Shown piece after piece: positions 9,608 through 18,525 of a stretch of 64,000 nt of DNA. Made by a program: the position numbers and the translations under genes. Source of the stretch: Methanobacteriota archaeon. Its GTDB lineage: Archaea > Thermoplasmatota > Poseidoniia > Poseidoniales > Poseidoniaceae. Under the pieces are notes generated by a model. The model made no database searches and was not told the origin of the DNA. It worked only from the letters and a program-made list of their open reading frames with translations. The stretch's first letter is position 1. The number at the start of each line of letters is the position of its first letter. Location: contig JAYPOA010000001.1 of NCBI GenBank assembly GCA_038130705.1, positions 2,333 to 66,332 on the forward strand, written 5' to 3'.

Positions 9608-10330
9608 TTACAACCATGCTCCACGGCCTCTGAAGCCGTCATTTAGGAAGGGATTAGTTCTCTTTTCGACACCGATTGTAGTAAGAGGTCCATGACCTGG
9701 ATGAACTATCGTTTCTTCATCCAATGGCCACAAACGTTCTCTAATCATCCTCAACAACAAGTCGAGGTCTCCTCCTGAATTTGGTAAGTCTGTTCTTCCG
9801 ATTGAGCCTTGGAAAAGTGTATCTCCAGCGAAAAGGTGATCTGGACCGTCGTTGACTTCCAGCCTAAGGCAACATCCTCCAAGAGTATGACCTGGCGTAT
9901 GAATTATCTGAAAATTCATTCCTGCGAATTGGTAATTTTCTCCATTCTCCCAAGTATTCTCTGCGATCGCAGGCTCAGGTAATTCAAACCCCCATCTCTT
10001 CCCTGACTCTCTTGCTAGACTTTGCAAAAAGAAATCATCTTTATGAAGCCACCATTCTAAATTGTAATGGTCCTTGAAATATGGAATGTCGCCACTGTGG
10101 TCAAAATGTGCATGAGTGTTGAGCAAAGCAACAACTTTTCTATCACCAGAAAAGTTTCCAATTTCGTAATCTGATTCGCCAATTCCTTTGTCTATCCAGT
10201 CGATGATTCTTTGAAAATCACCACCGCCATCAATAATCACCGTTTCCCCATTTTCTGGATTGGTTACTACGCTACACCTCTGTTGCAAGGCGGTAACAAA
10301 AAAATGGTTGATATTTGGTGAATTCACCAT
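9608..10330 (-). CDS. MBL-fold metallo-hydrolase (glyoxalase II-like)
   Basis: HAHFDHSGD (HxHxDH) motif, downstream His, and ~240 aa length. Confidence 0.8.
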   Translation of the reverse strand: MVNSPNINHFFVTALQQRCSVVTNPENGETVIIDGGGDFQRIIDWIDKGIGESDYEIGNFSGDRKVVALLNTHAHFDHSGDIPYFKDHYNLEWWLHKDDFFLQSLARESGKRWGFELPEPAIAENTWENGENYQFAGMNFQIIHTPGHTLGGCCLRLEVNDGPDHLFAGDTLFQGSIGRTDLPNSGGDLDLLLRMIRERLWPLDEETIVHPGHGPLTTIGVEKRTNPFLNDGFRGRGAWL

Positions 10331-11775
10331 TATTTTACCCTCACATCAATCGAATCAGAAGACCATCTGCCATCCTTATCCTTAATCCTAAGTTCGAAAT
10401 TATGACTGCCCTTGTTTAGTTTTACTTTTACAATCTGCGAAGTTGAAATTTCCTTACCAGTTTGGTCTATCCACGACCATGAAACTATTCTTTCTTGAGG
10501 ATCTTCGGTTTGACTCCCATCTAGTGTGATAATCGATGTACCATCATCTCCTGAATCGACAGAGATATCTCCGCCAGCATTTGGAGTTGGTGCAATAATA
10601 GTTTCAGCGTCAAGGGATAGGGCTAACATCAAATCATCCTCTTCCTCTATTTCCTCATTTTGAACAATCTCATCATTCAAAGCATCAAAAATTGCTCCTT
10701 CATCTAAATTAACCTGAGAGTCGAATCCAGCCAATTCTTCGAGTGATTTTTCTGAGCCATATATCTCTTCAGCATTTATTTCTATAGAGGGAGCATCGCC
10801 CCAATCATCTATTGCTGTATCTTCTTCGACAAGTGGCACAGGTTCTGAATTTGCATCGATTAAGAATACTGGTTCTGATGTTGTAAAGTCGTTTTGATCG
10901 CTACCAGCAATCATCACTTTACTTCCATCTTGATTTGATGATACTTTTTCTGCCATCCCTTGGGTTTCTACCGACCATTTGATTCCATTTTCATCGATGC
11001 AGTGGACATGGAACCAAGACGCTGCAAGAACTGAGGTTCCCCTATCGATTAGAGTATGTACTGGATATGTCAATTCAGCGACTAATTTTTCGCCTTTCAA
11101 TACACCTCCGTAATCCAATCCCATCCATTGGCCGTCGATTGAGATAACTCTTGATTTTGTATCTATTCTTCTTTCGAGGTTCTCATTTTTCCAAAATTCT
11201 ACCTCCAGAGCCTCTTCCTCACCAGGCACCAATCCATGGCCCTCCCTGGCTACAATCAAAGTCTGACCATCCCAACCTATTGCAGTAATTCGCTCACCGA
11301 CTTCTCCTCGTACAGGTCGTTGCCAAATCTTTGATGAATCTGTAGAATAAGTCATTACTTCTCCAGAATCAGTAGCTATTGCAATAGAATCACCTATTGC
11401 CACCATAGAAACAGAATTTACCAGAATAGGTTCCAAATCACCAGACGAATTTACGATATGGGCCTTAGATAAACCGTCTATTGCCACACAATAGTCGCCT
11501 TTCCCAGTTATAGATTCAATACCCGATAAAAATTCAACAAACTTAATTTGTTCACCCTCGCGAATGATGTGCAAACCATCTCTTGAACCAACGATGATAT
11601 CGCCAAATTGAGTTTCAAACAAGCTTGTCAAAGGTGGAAGATTAATTTCGAGATCATCGATTCTAAGTATACCGTCTACCTGAGCAACAGAAAGATGGTT
11701 ACCTGAAAAAATAGCCGCAACATCTGAAGTGGTTTCCAACTTACTCAAAACTGGAACCGTCATGGACATAGTCAC
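10330..11775 (-). CDS. Beta-propeller-like repeat protein with acidic linker and C-terminal PKD-like domain
   Basis: Repetitive G/D-rich beta-strand segments and an acidic stretch EEIEEEDD. The C-terminal ISVDSGDDGTSIITLDGSQTEDP...WSWIDQTG resembles a PKD/Ig fold. Confidence 0.4.
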   Translation of the reverse strand: MTMSMTVPVLSKLETTSDVAAIFSGNHLSVAQVDGILRIDDLEINLPPLTSLFETQFGDIIVGSRDGLHIIREGEQIKFVEFLSGIESITGKGDYCVAIDGLSKAHIVNSSGDLEPILVNSVSMVAIGDSIAIATDSGEVMTYSTDSSKIWQRPVRGEVGERITAIGWDGQTLIVAREGHGLVPGEEEALEVEFWKNENLERRIDTKSRVISIDGQWMGLDYGGVLKGEKLVAELTYPVHTLIDRGTSVLAASWFHVHCIDENGIKWSVETQGMAEKVSSNQDGSKVMIAGSDQNDFTTSEPVFLIDANSEPVPLVEEDTAIDDWGDAPSIEINAEEIYGSEKSLEELAGFDSQVNLDEGAIFDALNDEIVQNEEIEEEDDLMLALSLDAETIIAPTPNAGGDISVDSGDDGTSIITLDGSQTEDPQERIVSWSWIDQTGKEISTSQIVKVKLNKGSHNFELRIKDKDGRWSSDSIDVRVK

Positions 11776-12716
11776 TCACTAATCCTTGCATCGTCCATCC
11801 ATGCTTCAAAGTTTGGCATAGAAATGTACTCTTTTGGATTTCTTATATGCTTCAATAGATTCTCTTTTTCTAAATCTGTCCAACCACAAATTGGCTCCAA
11901 GGTAGATAGAGGTACAGTCTTTACCTCATCCGCACTTCGCGTGAATAGTTTTTCGCCCTCTTCTACAGATAAGCCAACTACTCCCCAAGGATACCTTTGT
12001 TTTATTTTCCCTTCAATATCTCTAATTTTCGAATTCTTTCCTATCGATGGGTCCCATTTCCTTAACTCATCGATTAATTTCTCATCACTTCCTTCAACAG
12101 GAATCAACCGAGACCCTCTCCTCATTATCAGAAATGCAGAAATCATCTCATCTTCAGTAGTGACCTTGCATAAAACATCACCTTGTACACCCGGTGGTAG
12201 CCCTCCCGCACCATTCAAGCGCTTAGATAGTAACCAAACCTTATCCTGCTCCAATACCACCCTTACCCAGATGTCTGGATTTGTTAGGTTTACCTTCAAA
12301 GAATCGTCTAATTGGAGCATCCAATAACCAATTTGACCGTTATACTCCTTTGTGCTGAAATTCTCCTTTGGTCCAAGTCGCTTGGTTCTGACACCAAATG
12401 TCCGACTCTTTCCATAGTTCTCATCAAGATTCAAAATTTTTTGTGCTACTTCTTTGGGATCTATTGAATCAGATATCACCATAGCAGGGTCAATTGCAAC
12501 CACACCAAGTAATCTACATAGTGCATCCTCAACAATATCTGTTTCATTATCGCTTGTAATCACTTCCATACTAATGATTCGATCTTGTTTGAGTGAGATT
12601 CCGTTGAATTTAGCAAGAATTTCCATGTTGTTGTATAATCCTCTTTGAAATTGTCTCCTGACGACCTTGCTTTTCAGACCAAGTTCTCCAAAACGCAAAA
12701 TCCATGCATTTTCCAT
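11772..12716 (-). CDS. THUMP-domain protein (ThiI-like N-terminal region, no PP-loop seen)
   Basis: N-terminal ILRFGELGLKSKVVRRQFQRGL resembles the ThiI/THUMP opening (RYGEIxLKGxNR). No SGGxDS PP-loop was found. Confidence 0.45.
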   Translation of the reverse strand: MENAWILRFGELGLKSKVVRRQFQRGLYNNMEILAKFNGISLKQDRIISMEVITSDNETDIVEDALCRLLGVVAIDPAMVISDSIDPKEVAQKILNLDENYGKSRTFGVRTKRLGPKENFSTKEYNGQIGYWMLQLDDSLKVNLTNPDIWVRVVLEQDKVWLLSKRLNGAGGLPPGVQGDVLCKVTTEDEMISAFLIMRRGSRLIPVEGSDEKLIDELRKWDPSIGKNSKIRDIEGKIKQRYPWGVVGLSVEEGEKLFTRSADEVKTVPLSTLEPICGWTDLEKENLLKHIRNPKEYISMPNFEAWMDDARISE

Positions 12717-12725
12717 CGATACACC

Positions 12726-14255
12726 TCATTCATCATTATGAAGTTCGATTGTGACATCTGGCTTTTGATTGTTTGATTTTGCGTCGTCATTTCTTGCTAA
12801 TTCTAGGCTTCTGAGATACTCTTCGCTTACTTTGCCAGTAACATATTTCCCGTCGAAACAAGAAGTATCCCAACCTTGAGGGCCGTTTATGCTTGTTACT
12901 TCGACTAAATCTTCAAGTGTTTGATAAAATAGCTTGTCTGCGCCAATCGTTTCGCAAATCTCATCAATATTCCTGTCGTTAGCAATGAATTCCTTTACAG
13001 CCGGCATGTCTATTCCGTAGACGTTTGGATATCTGACGGGAGGTGCTGCAGAAGCAAAATACACCTTCTTTGCACCAACTTCTCTTGCCATCTCAACAAT
13101 CTGAGCTGAAGTTGTGCCCCTAACAATTGAATCATCTACCAATATCACATTCTTTCCTTCAAATTCGTGGGGAATAGCGTTTAATTTCCTTCGTACAGAT
13201 TTCATTCTCTGTGCTTGTCCTGGCATTATAAATGTACGACCAATGTACCTATTTTTGACAAACCCTTCTCTATATTCAACATTCAAGGCATTGGCTAATT
13301 GTAAAGCAGCATACCTACCAGAATCAGGAACTGGAATTACGCAATCAATGTCGTGGTTAGGGAATTGTTCTAATATCCGCTCCGCCAACCTCTGTCCTTG
13401 ATTTAGCCTCGCTTGGTAAACAGATATGCCATCGATAATTGAATCAGGTCTTGAGAAATAAACGTGCTCGAAGATACATGGTGAGTGATTTGTCTCATCA
13501 GCACAAATCTTGGTGAAAACTTGCCCTGTTGATGAAATGAATATCGCTTCGCCAGGTGAAATATCTCTCTCCACATCGAATCCTAACGCATGTATTGCAA
13601 CTGATTCACTTGCAACTATCCATTCTTTTTCTCCTTCTACAACTCGGCTTCCGAAAATTAGTGGCCTAATTCCGTTCGGGTCTCTAAATGCAAGTAGTCC
13701 AAAACCAGATATCAAAGAGACACAAGCATAACCTCCCGTTATTTGATTATTTAATGCATGCACAGATTCGAAAATTGTGTTTACATCAACGTGTATTTCT
13801 CCATTTATGTCAAGATTTTGAGTCCTTGAATGTAATTCCATTGCTAAGAGATTCAGAAGTAATTCCGAATCGGATGTAGTGTTTACGTGCCGTCTGTGTA
13901 CGTTGGTCAACAAATCATTAATCTCACTTGCATTGGTTAAATTTCCATTATGCGCTAGGGAGATACCAAATGGATAATTTACGTAGAAAGGTTGAGCCTC
14001 TGCCGCAGATGATGTGCCTGCTGTTGGGTATCTTACATGACCAATCCCGTTTGATCCGAGTAAATTCTTCATGTGTTTTTTATAAAAAACATCCTTGACC
14101 AAACCATTGGATTTTCTTAAGTGGAATTTTCCGTTGTTTTCAGTCATCATCCCAGCAGCATCTTGGCCTCTGTGTTGCAAGACTGTTAACCCGTCATACA
14201 GTAGCTGGTTAATGTGGTATCCTCTTCTTCCGACGAGACCAATTATGCCACACAT
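12726..14255 (-). CDS. purF: Amidophosphoribosyltransferase
   Basis: MCGIIGL N-terminal nucleophile Cys (start moved to the Met preceding the Cys), the PRTase motif VILVDDSIVRGTT, and the Cys-rich C-terminus of the Fe-S type. Confidence 0.92.
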   Translation of the reverse strand: MCGIIGLVGRRGYHINQLLYDGLTVLQHRGQDAAGMMTENNGKFHLRKSNGLVKDVFYKKHMKNLLGSNGIGHVRYPTAGTSSAAEAQPFYVNYPFGISLAHNGNLTNASEINDLLTNVHRRHVNTTSDSELLLNLLAMELHSRTQNLDINGEIHVDVNTIFESVHALNNQITGGYACVSLISGFGLLAFRDPNGIRPLIFGSRVVEGEKEWIVASESVAIHALGFDVERDISPGEAIFISSTGQVFTKICADETNHSPCIFEHVYFSRPDSIIDGISVYQARLNQGQRLAERILEQFPNHDIDCVIPVPDSGRYAALQLANALNVEYREGFVKNRYIGRTFIMPGQAQRMKSVRRKLNAIPHEFEGKNVILVDDSIVRGTTSAQIVEMAREVGAKKVYFASAAPPVRYPNVYGIDMPAVKEFIANDRNIDEICETIGADKLFYQTLEDLVEVTSINGPQGWDTSCFDGKYVTGKVSEEYLRSLELARNDDAKSNNQKPDVTIELHNDE

Positions 14256-14315
14256 TTGTCTCGCCTGATGTTTGCAATGCAAGAGGCTTTACAGGCCTTT
14301 CCATTCTCTTAACGA

Positions 14316-14489
14316 TTAAGGTCGATGTGTTTTCTTTGACCAGCTGAATCCTCTCATCCTTGCAGTGGAGCCGTATCCACAGGATGCGCAAGTTGATTTT
14401 TGCTTGTGATATGCGTTTCTGCCACACCTTCTACATCTGATGTGTGTGGTCTTTTGCCTCTTACCCATGGATGGAGTACCTTTGGACAT
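14316..14489 (-). CDS. rpl37e: 50S ribosomal protein L37e (absent from the ORF track, 57 aa)
   Basis: Minus-strand translation [57 protein letters not shown] has the C4 zinc ribbon and SKGT opening of L37e. GGTGAT RBS 4 nt upstream. Confidence 0.85.
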   Translation of the reverse strand: MSKGTPSMGKRQKTTHIRCRRCGRNAYHKQKSTCASCGYGSTARMRGFSWSKKTHRP

Positions 14490-14544
14490 AGTATCACCTG
14501 CGACTGTGCGACCTACCTTCCCTTTATGAAACCGACGGAGCGAA

Positions 14545-15000
14545 TTATTCTTCTTCTTGGAACAAAATTCTTCTTTCGCGACCGGTTATCATAGCGAAAG
14601 TAAAACCTATTGCAAAGAACGCGGCTACAAACATTCCTGTAATTGCAACTAATAATCGCACAATGTTTGAAAGTAATTGTGACCTCAATCCACTGTTTGC
14701 TTCCAATAATAGGTCATCATACGAAGTGAGGCCCCAGACAACCAATATTCCAAAGCCTATTGCTACCAACATTCCAACTAATGGTGCAAGTGGTCTGTGT
14801 CTTGAATCCGCATAGAAGAATAGGTTTCCGAATAAAATCAATCCAACTACAATGTATGATGTAAGAATTGAATTCGCAAATCTCTTGAAAGACTCCTTGT
14901 GAATTCCTTCACCAAGAGATAGATTTAGAGCCATTATTACAAGGATTGGAAGAGCCGCTGCAAATAGCAATAATTTCCAAGATGCAAGTGACTTGTTCAT
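14545..15000 (-). CDS. Integral membrane protein (hypothetical)
   Basis: Four hydrophobic helices and no recognisable motif. Confidence 0.4.
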   Translation of the reverse strand: MNKSLASWKLLLFAAALPILVIMALNLSLGEGIHKESFKRFANSILTSYIVVGLILFGNLFFYADSRHRPLAPLVGMLVAIGFGILVVWGLTSYDDLLLEANSGLRSQLLSNIVRLLVAITGMFVAAFFAIGFTFAMITGRERRILFQEEE

Positions 15001-15779
15001 TCCTCTTCACCTCCTATGTGATTATTTGCAATTTCAACTAATTTTTTCAATTCCTGCTCGGTTGGCGGATGAGTACTATCGGGATTAGGTAATGACTTTT
15101 CATAAGTCCAGATAACCAATGCGAAAATAGCCACAGCCAACATTCCACCAACCAGTATTCCAAGAATATCTGCGACTACAAGAAACAGGTAATCTCTGAA
15201 TTCACTAGCAGTCGTATGTTCTCCATCAACCAACATCGCAAGGAGAGTTATTCCTGCGAACAAAATTGACATACCTGCTAGTTTTACAGATTCACCAAAT
15301 CGGTTCTCACCATATCCAACCATTCCGATGGATGCAGCCGCACAAAGGGAGGTTGAGAAAAGAAGCATAGTTGGCCAAAATACTATCCAATATGGATTGA
15401 CATCACTTCTCCATATGGGTGTGAAATTCGACCAATGCATCAAACTAAAAATTCCGATCGAAACAAACATTGCAAAGAAACCAGACCATCTAGCGGTACT
15501 ATCAAGTCTACCAACGGGAACATTACCCCCAAAAATCATACCGTGTAAACCGTATATCAGAAGGGCACAAGGAGCGATTATACTCAAAATGAGGTGAGCT
15601 CCAGCTGTTGAATCAGAGCTCGTTACAGTCCATGGAGAAGCGAGGAAGATTAGGCTTGAGGTAACAAATACAACCAATCCTATAACTTTGGATTTACGAC
15701 TAGTAGAAAGCCACAATCCTAAACCCATTAATATCAATGGAATCCAGAATAGAAGCGCCGCTTTCATCATGGAATCCAT
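14997..15779 (-). CDS. Integral membrane protein (hypothetical)
   Basis: Multiple TM helices. Overlaps the next ORF by 4 nt, so probably co-transcribed. Confidence 0.4.
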   Translation of the reverse strand: MDSMMKAALLFWIPLILMGLGLWLSTSRKSKVIGLVVFVTSSLIFLASPWTVTSSDSTAGAHLILSIIAPCALLIYGLHGMIFGGNVPVGRLDSTARWSGFFAMFVSIGIFSLMHWSNFTPIWRSDVNPYWIVFWPTMLLFSTSLCAAASIGMVGYGENRFGESVKLAGMSILFAGITLLAMLVDGEHTTASEFRDYLFLVVADILGILVGGMLAVAIFALVIWTYEKSLPNPDSTHPPTEQELKKLVEIANNHIGGEEE

Positions 15780-15867
15780 AACCAGACGGCTACAATCAGA
15801 TTTATCAATATGCCCGCTAAAAATTGATTCAGTGGGTCGGTTTCTTGGAAATTAGCGTCCGTCAGCC

Positions 15868-15875
15868 ATAAATAC
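15868..15875 (+). promoter_or_regulatory. Candidate TATA-like element upstream of rpl44e
   Basis: CATAAATAC lies ~37-43 nt upstream of the ATG at 15911 in a non-coding gap. Confidence 0.25.
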
Positions 15876-15910
15876 AGGTCGATGGTGGCTTGGATGCTCA
15901 AGGTGAGACT

Positions 15911-16195
15911 ATGGTCAAAATGCCACGTCAAATAAAGAGGTACAGTCCAAGTGCTGGTAAGCACACTATGCACACTGTAGAGCGTGTGAAAAAGAAGCGC
16001 GCAAGCGAACTTAAGTGGGGTCAGAGAAGATTCCGAAGAGTTATGGCAGGATATCGCGGTTTCCCACGTCCTAAACCAGATGGAAGAGAAAAACCTACAA
16101 AGAGAGTTAACATTCTATACCGATGTACTGAAACTGGTAAAGCACATTACGCTCCATGCCAGAGAGCAAAGAAATTCGAATTAGTAGACAACTGA
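15911..16195 (+). CDS. rpl44e: 50S ribosomal protein L44e (zinc-ligand-depleted variant)
   Basis: MVKMPRQIKRY...ASELKWGQRRFRRVMAGYRGFPRP...YRCTETGKAH aligns with L44e. RBS AGGTGAGA lies before ATG 15911. Only one of the four canonical Zn cysteines is retained. Confidence 0.8.
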   Translation: MVKMPRQIKRYSPSAGKHTMHTVERVKKKRASELKWGQRRFRRVMAGYRGFPRPKPDGREKPTKRVNILYRCTETGKAHYAPCQRAKKFELVDN

Positions 16196-16205
16196 GGTGA
16201 AAATT

Positions 16206-16376
16206 ATGGCATCAAATTTCCTTAAAGTATCATGCAGAGACTGCTCCAATGAAAGCATCATATTCTCACGTGCTACGACTGTAATATCATGTGCAGTATG
16301 TGGCGCTACACTGACAAACCCTGCTGGTGGCAAGGCCCAGCTGGTCGGCTGTAATGTCGTTGAGTCCCTTGAATGA
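16206..16376 (+). CDS. rps27e: 30S ribosomal protein S27e (absent from the ORF track, 56 aa)
   Basis: MASNFLKVSCRDCSNESIIFSRATTVISCAVCGATLTNPAGGKAQLVGCNVVESLE has the C4 zinc finger of S27e. RBS GAGGTGA 6 nt upstream. The TGA overlaps the aIF2-alpha ATG. Confidence 0.85.
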   Translation: MASNFLKVSCRDCSNESIIFSRATTVISCAVCGATLTNPAGGKAQLVGCNVVESLE

Positions 16377-17185
16377 ATGGAGGCTTGACCTCCTTGCCCG
16401 AAGACATCATTGATGATGGACCTCAAGAAGGCGAACTGGTTGTCGCCCTCGTAAGAGAAGTAAAACAAAACGGTGCATACGTAGATTTGGAAGAGTATGA
16501 GGGCATTGAAGGATTTATTTTCATTGGTGAAATTGCAAGTGGTTGGGTAAAGAATATCCGTTCTTACGCTAGACCTGGTCAAAGACTAATCTGTAAAGTT
16601 CTCAGAACAAGAAAGGACAACAAATCTCTGGAATTGTCTCTTAAGTCTGTAAGTGAAGAAAGAAAAAGAGACAGGCTTGCTGAATGGAAAAATGAAGAAA
16701 GAGCGAAACAATTGTTCAAGGTTCTATCTGAACAAGTAGGCTGGAATCAGGACCAACTCACTGAGAATCAAGTGGACTTGACAGAATCATTCGGGACACT
16801 TTACGGCGCCTTCGAAGAAGCAGCAACGAAGCCTGAATCACTTTCAGAATTAGGATTTGAAGGCGATTGGATTCAACCATTTATTGAAATCGCTATCAAG
16901 AATATCATCCCTGATACAGTAGAAATTCGAGGACATTTCACTCTGAATGTCGACGACGGGGATGGCATAGAAATAATCAAGGAAGCTTTGATCGCTGCAG
17001 AATCCGTTTCAGACAGTGAAACCGAATTGGAAGTGTCCTGTCATTACGATGGAGCCCCAAGTTACAGAATCGAACTTAAGGCTCCAGATTTCAAAACTGC
17101 TGAAGATGGTTGGAATAGAGCTACAAAGGCTTGTATCGATGTTGTGGTAGCCTCTGGAGGCTCTGCTGAAGCTCAGAGGGAATGA
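16373..17185 (+). CDS. eif2a: Translation initiation factor 2 alpha subunit (aIF2-alpha)
   Basis: S1 domain GELVVALVREVKQNGAYVDL...GEIASGWVKNIRSYARPGQ. Sits in the conserved S27e-aIF2alpha-Nop10 order. Confidence 0.9.
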   Translation: MNGGLTSLPEDIIDDGPQEGELVVALVREVKQNGAYVDLEEYEGIEGFIFIGEIASGWVKNIRSYARPGQRLICKVLRTRKDNKSLELSLKSVSEERKRDRLAEWKNEERAKQLFKVLSEQVGWNQDQLTENQVDLTESFGTLYGAFEEAATKPESLSELGFEGDWIQPFIEIAIKNIIPDTVEIRGHFTLNVDDGDGIEIIKEALIAAESVSDSETELEVSCHYDGAPSYRIELKAPDFKTAEDGWNRATKACIDVVVASGGSAEAQRE

Positions 17186-17186
17186 G

Positions 17187-17399
17187 ATGGTTAGGCAATC
17201 AATGCAACAATGCGTCGACTGCTTAGAGTACTGTCTTGAAACCACTTGTCCAAAATGTGGTTCCGTCGCAAAGGCCGCGGCTCCAATCAAGTGGTCACCA
17301 GACGACAAAAGAGCACACTTACGAAGAAAATTGGACGGAGTTGAAGAGGATGGGTGGGTCAATTCACTTCCAACATTAAGTTCTGATGAAGAAGAATAA
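17187..17399 (+). CDS. nop10: H/ACA ribonucleoprotein subunit Nop10
   Basis: Zinc ribbon CVDC...CPKCG and the PIKWSPDDKRAHLRRK motif (compare PPRFSPEDKY in Nop10). Confidence 0.78.
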   Translation: MVRQSMQQCVDCLEYCLETTCPKCGSVAKAAAPIKWSPDDKRAHLRRKLDGVEEDGWVNSLPTLSSDEEE

Positions 17400-17423
17400 T
17401 GCCAACCATTATACTGTGCCTAA

Positions 17424-18176
17424 ATGCACTTTAGATTTATGAGTGCTCTCATCGATTGGATATCCAGACCTAATACAGAAGGTGAGACTCTACTCGTTGC
17501 TATGCCGGGTGTAGGAGATATCGGTAAATTAGCAATCGATGCAATTAATCTAGAGCTTGACGCCGAGCCTATTGCAAGAATCATACATCCTGCTTTTCCT
17601 CCCCTTGCCAAGTTGGACGAAGACGGTTTACTTCAACCGCCTCATGTGTTATTATCAAAATTAGAGATTGATAATCAAATAATCTTCACCTTAACCGGTG
17701 ACGCTCAGCCAATGACTCCAGAAGGACAATATGAGTTGGCTAACTCAATTATCGAGATTTTCGCAGGTGGTGAAATCATTGTTTTTGCTGGCATGGTAAC
17801 AAATCCGGAAAGAAAAGAAGTGTTTGCAGTAACTGGTAACTCGCAATATAGAATACAACTGGAAAAACAAGGGGTCGATGTTCGAAGAAATGAACCTAAG
17901 GCTGGAATTATCGGAATGGCCGCACTAATAACTGCACTAAGTCCCATTCATGGAGTTAATTCTTCTTGTGTAATTGCAACAACTGTTGGGAAATCGCTAG
18001 ACCCTGTAGGTGCTCAATTATTACTCGAAACTGTAAGGAAATGGTGGAGTTTACCGTTACCGATTCCAATCGATGCAACAAACAGATTAGCTGACAAGTT
18101 GAAAGAAATGCATCCCAACAAAGCTGAGGATTTGATATCCGAAATGTCGGAATCAGCGAATTCAATCTATATGTGA
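17424..18176 (+). CDS. PAC2-family proteasome assembly chaperone-like protein (COG1938)
   Basis: AMPGVGDIGKLAIDAIN matches the GxPGVGNVGK signature of archaeal PAC2/PbaA-like proteins, at the conserved position after nop10. Confidence 0.7.
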   Translation: MHFRFMSALIDWISRPNTEGETLLVAMPGVGDIGKLAIDAINLELDAEPIARIIHPAFPPLAKLDEDGLLQPPHVLLSKLEIDNQIIFTLTGDAQPMTPEGQYELANSIIEIFAGGEIIVFAGMVTNPERKEVFAVTGNSQYRIQLEKQGVDVRRNEPKAGIIGMAALITALSPIHGVNSSCVIATTVGKSLDPVGAQLLLETVRKWWSLPLPIPIDATNRLADKLKEMHPNKAEDLISEMSESANSIYM

Positions 18177-18377
18177 TTAGCCACCAGAACTGACGATAGT
18201 TATCTCAAGTCTGATGTCACCTTTCAGAGTTGTTGAGTGTGGTAGAACAGTATCTTCGTAACTAACGATGACTGTAGAAGGATGAATATTTGCCAAATCA
18301 AGCACTTGTCTCACAGTGGACCCCTGTTCCAACTCAAAAGTATGTTCATCTTTACCCGAGATTAGGGTTACTTGCAT
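18177..18377 (-). CDS. Small beta-grasp ubiquitin-like protein with C-terminal Gly-Gly (ThiS/MoaD/SAMP family)
   Basis: MQVTLISGKDEHTFELEQGSTVRQVLDLANIHPSTVIVSYEDTVLPHSTTLKGDIRLEITIVSSGG is 66 aa, ends in GG then stop, and has the ThiS/MoaD length and pattern. The upstream part of track ORF 18177..18500 overlaps the tRNA and is discarded. An alternative start is MLFGKY at 18395. Confidence 0.6.
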   Translation of the reverse strand: MQVTLISGKDEHTFELEQGSTVRQVLDLANIHPSTVIVSYEDTVLPHSTTLKGDIRLEITIVSSGG

Positions 18378-18432
18378 GTACTTCCCGAATAACATCACTC
18401 TTATGATGGTCGTGCAGGTGGGCGCATTGTTT

Positions 18433-18515
18433 GCCGAGATCGCATAGCCCGGTATTGCGGTGGATTCGAAATCCACTGTCCTTCGGACACGGGAGTTCAA
18501 ATCTCTCTCTCGGCG
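18433..18515 (+). tRNA. tRNA-Ser (anticodon CGA), type II with long variable arm
   Basis: Acceptor stem GCCGAGA/TCTCGGC is 7/7 Watson-Crick. Anticodon stem GTGGA/TCCAC with loop TTCGAAA (U33, CGA, A37). Variable arm GTCC-TTC-GGAC. T arm GGGAG-TTCAAAT-CTCTC. Discriminator G. CCA is not encoded. Confidence 0.8.
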
Positions 18516-18525
18516 CCTGTTAAAA

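Noticed and set aside
16181-16582. 133-aa minus-strand ORF
   Set aside because: It lies antisense across rps27e and the start of aIF2-alpha, both of which have strong motif support, so it is spurious.
18461-18477. Alternative reading of GTGGA-TTCGAAA-TCCAC as a T-arm
   Set aside because: That reading leaves no complementary acceptor stem. The full cloverleaf with this hairpin as the anticodon arm pairs perfectly (7-bp acceptor, GGGAG/CTCTC T-arm), so the call stays tRNA-Ser(CGA) on the plus strand.
18378-18500. 5' extension of track ORF 18177..18500 (107 aa, minus strand)
   Set aside because: The upstream 41 codons overlap the tRNA-Ser on the opposite strand and have no protein-like motif. 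Only the C-terminal 66-72 aa beta-grasp portion is plausible.
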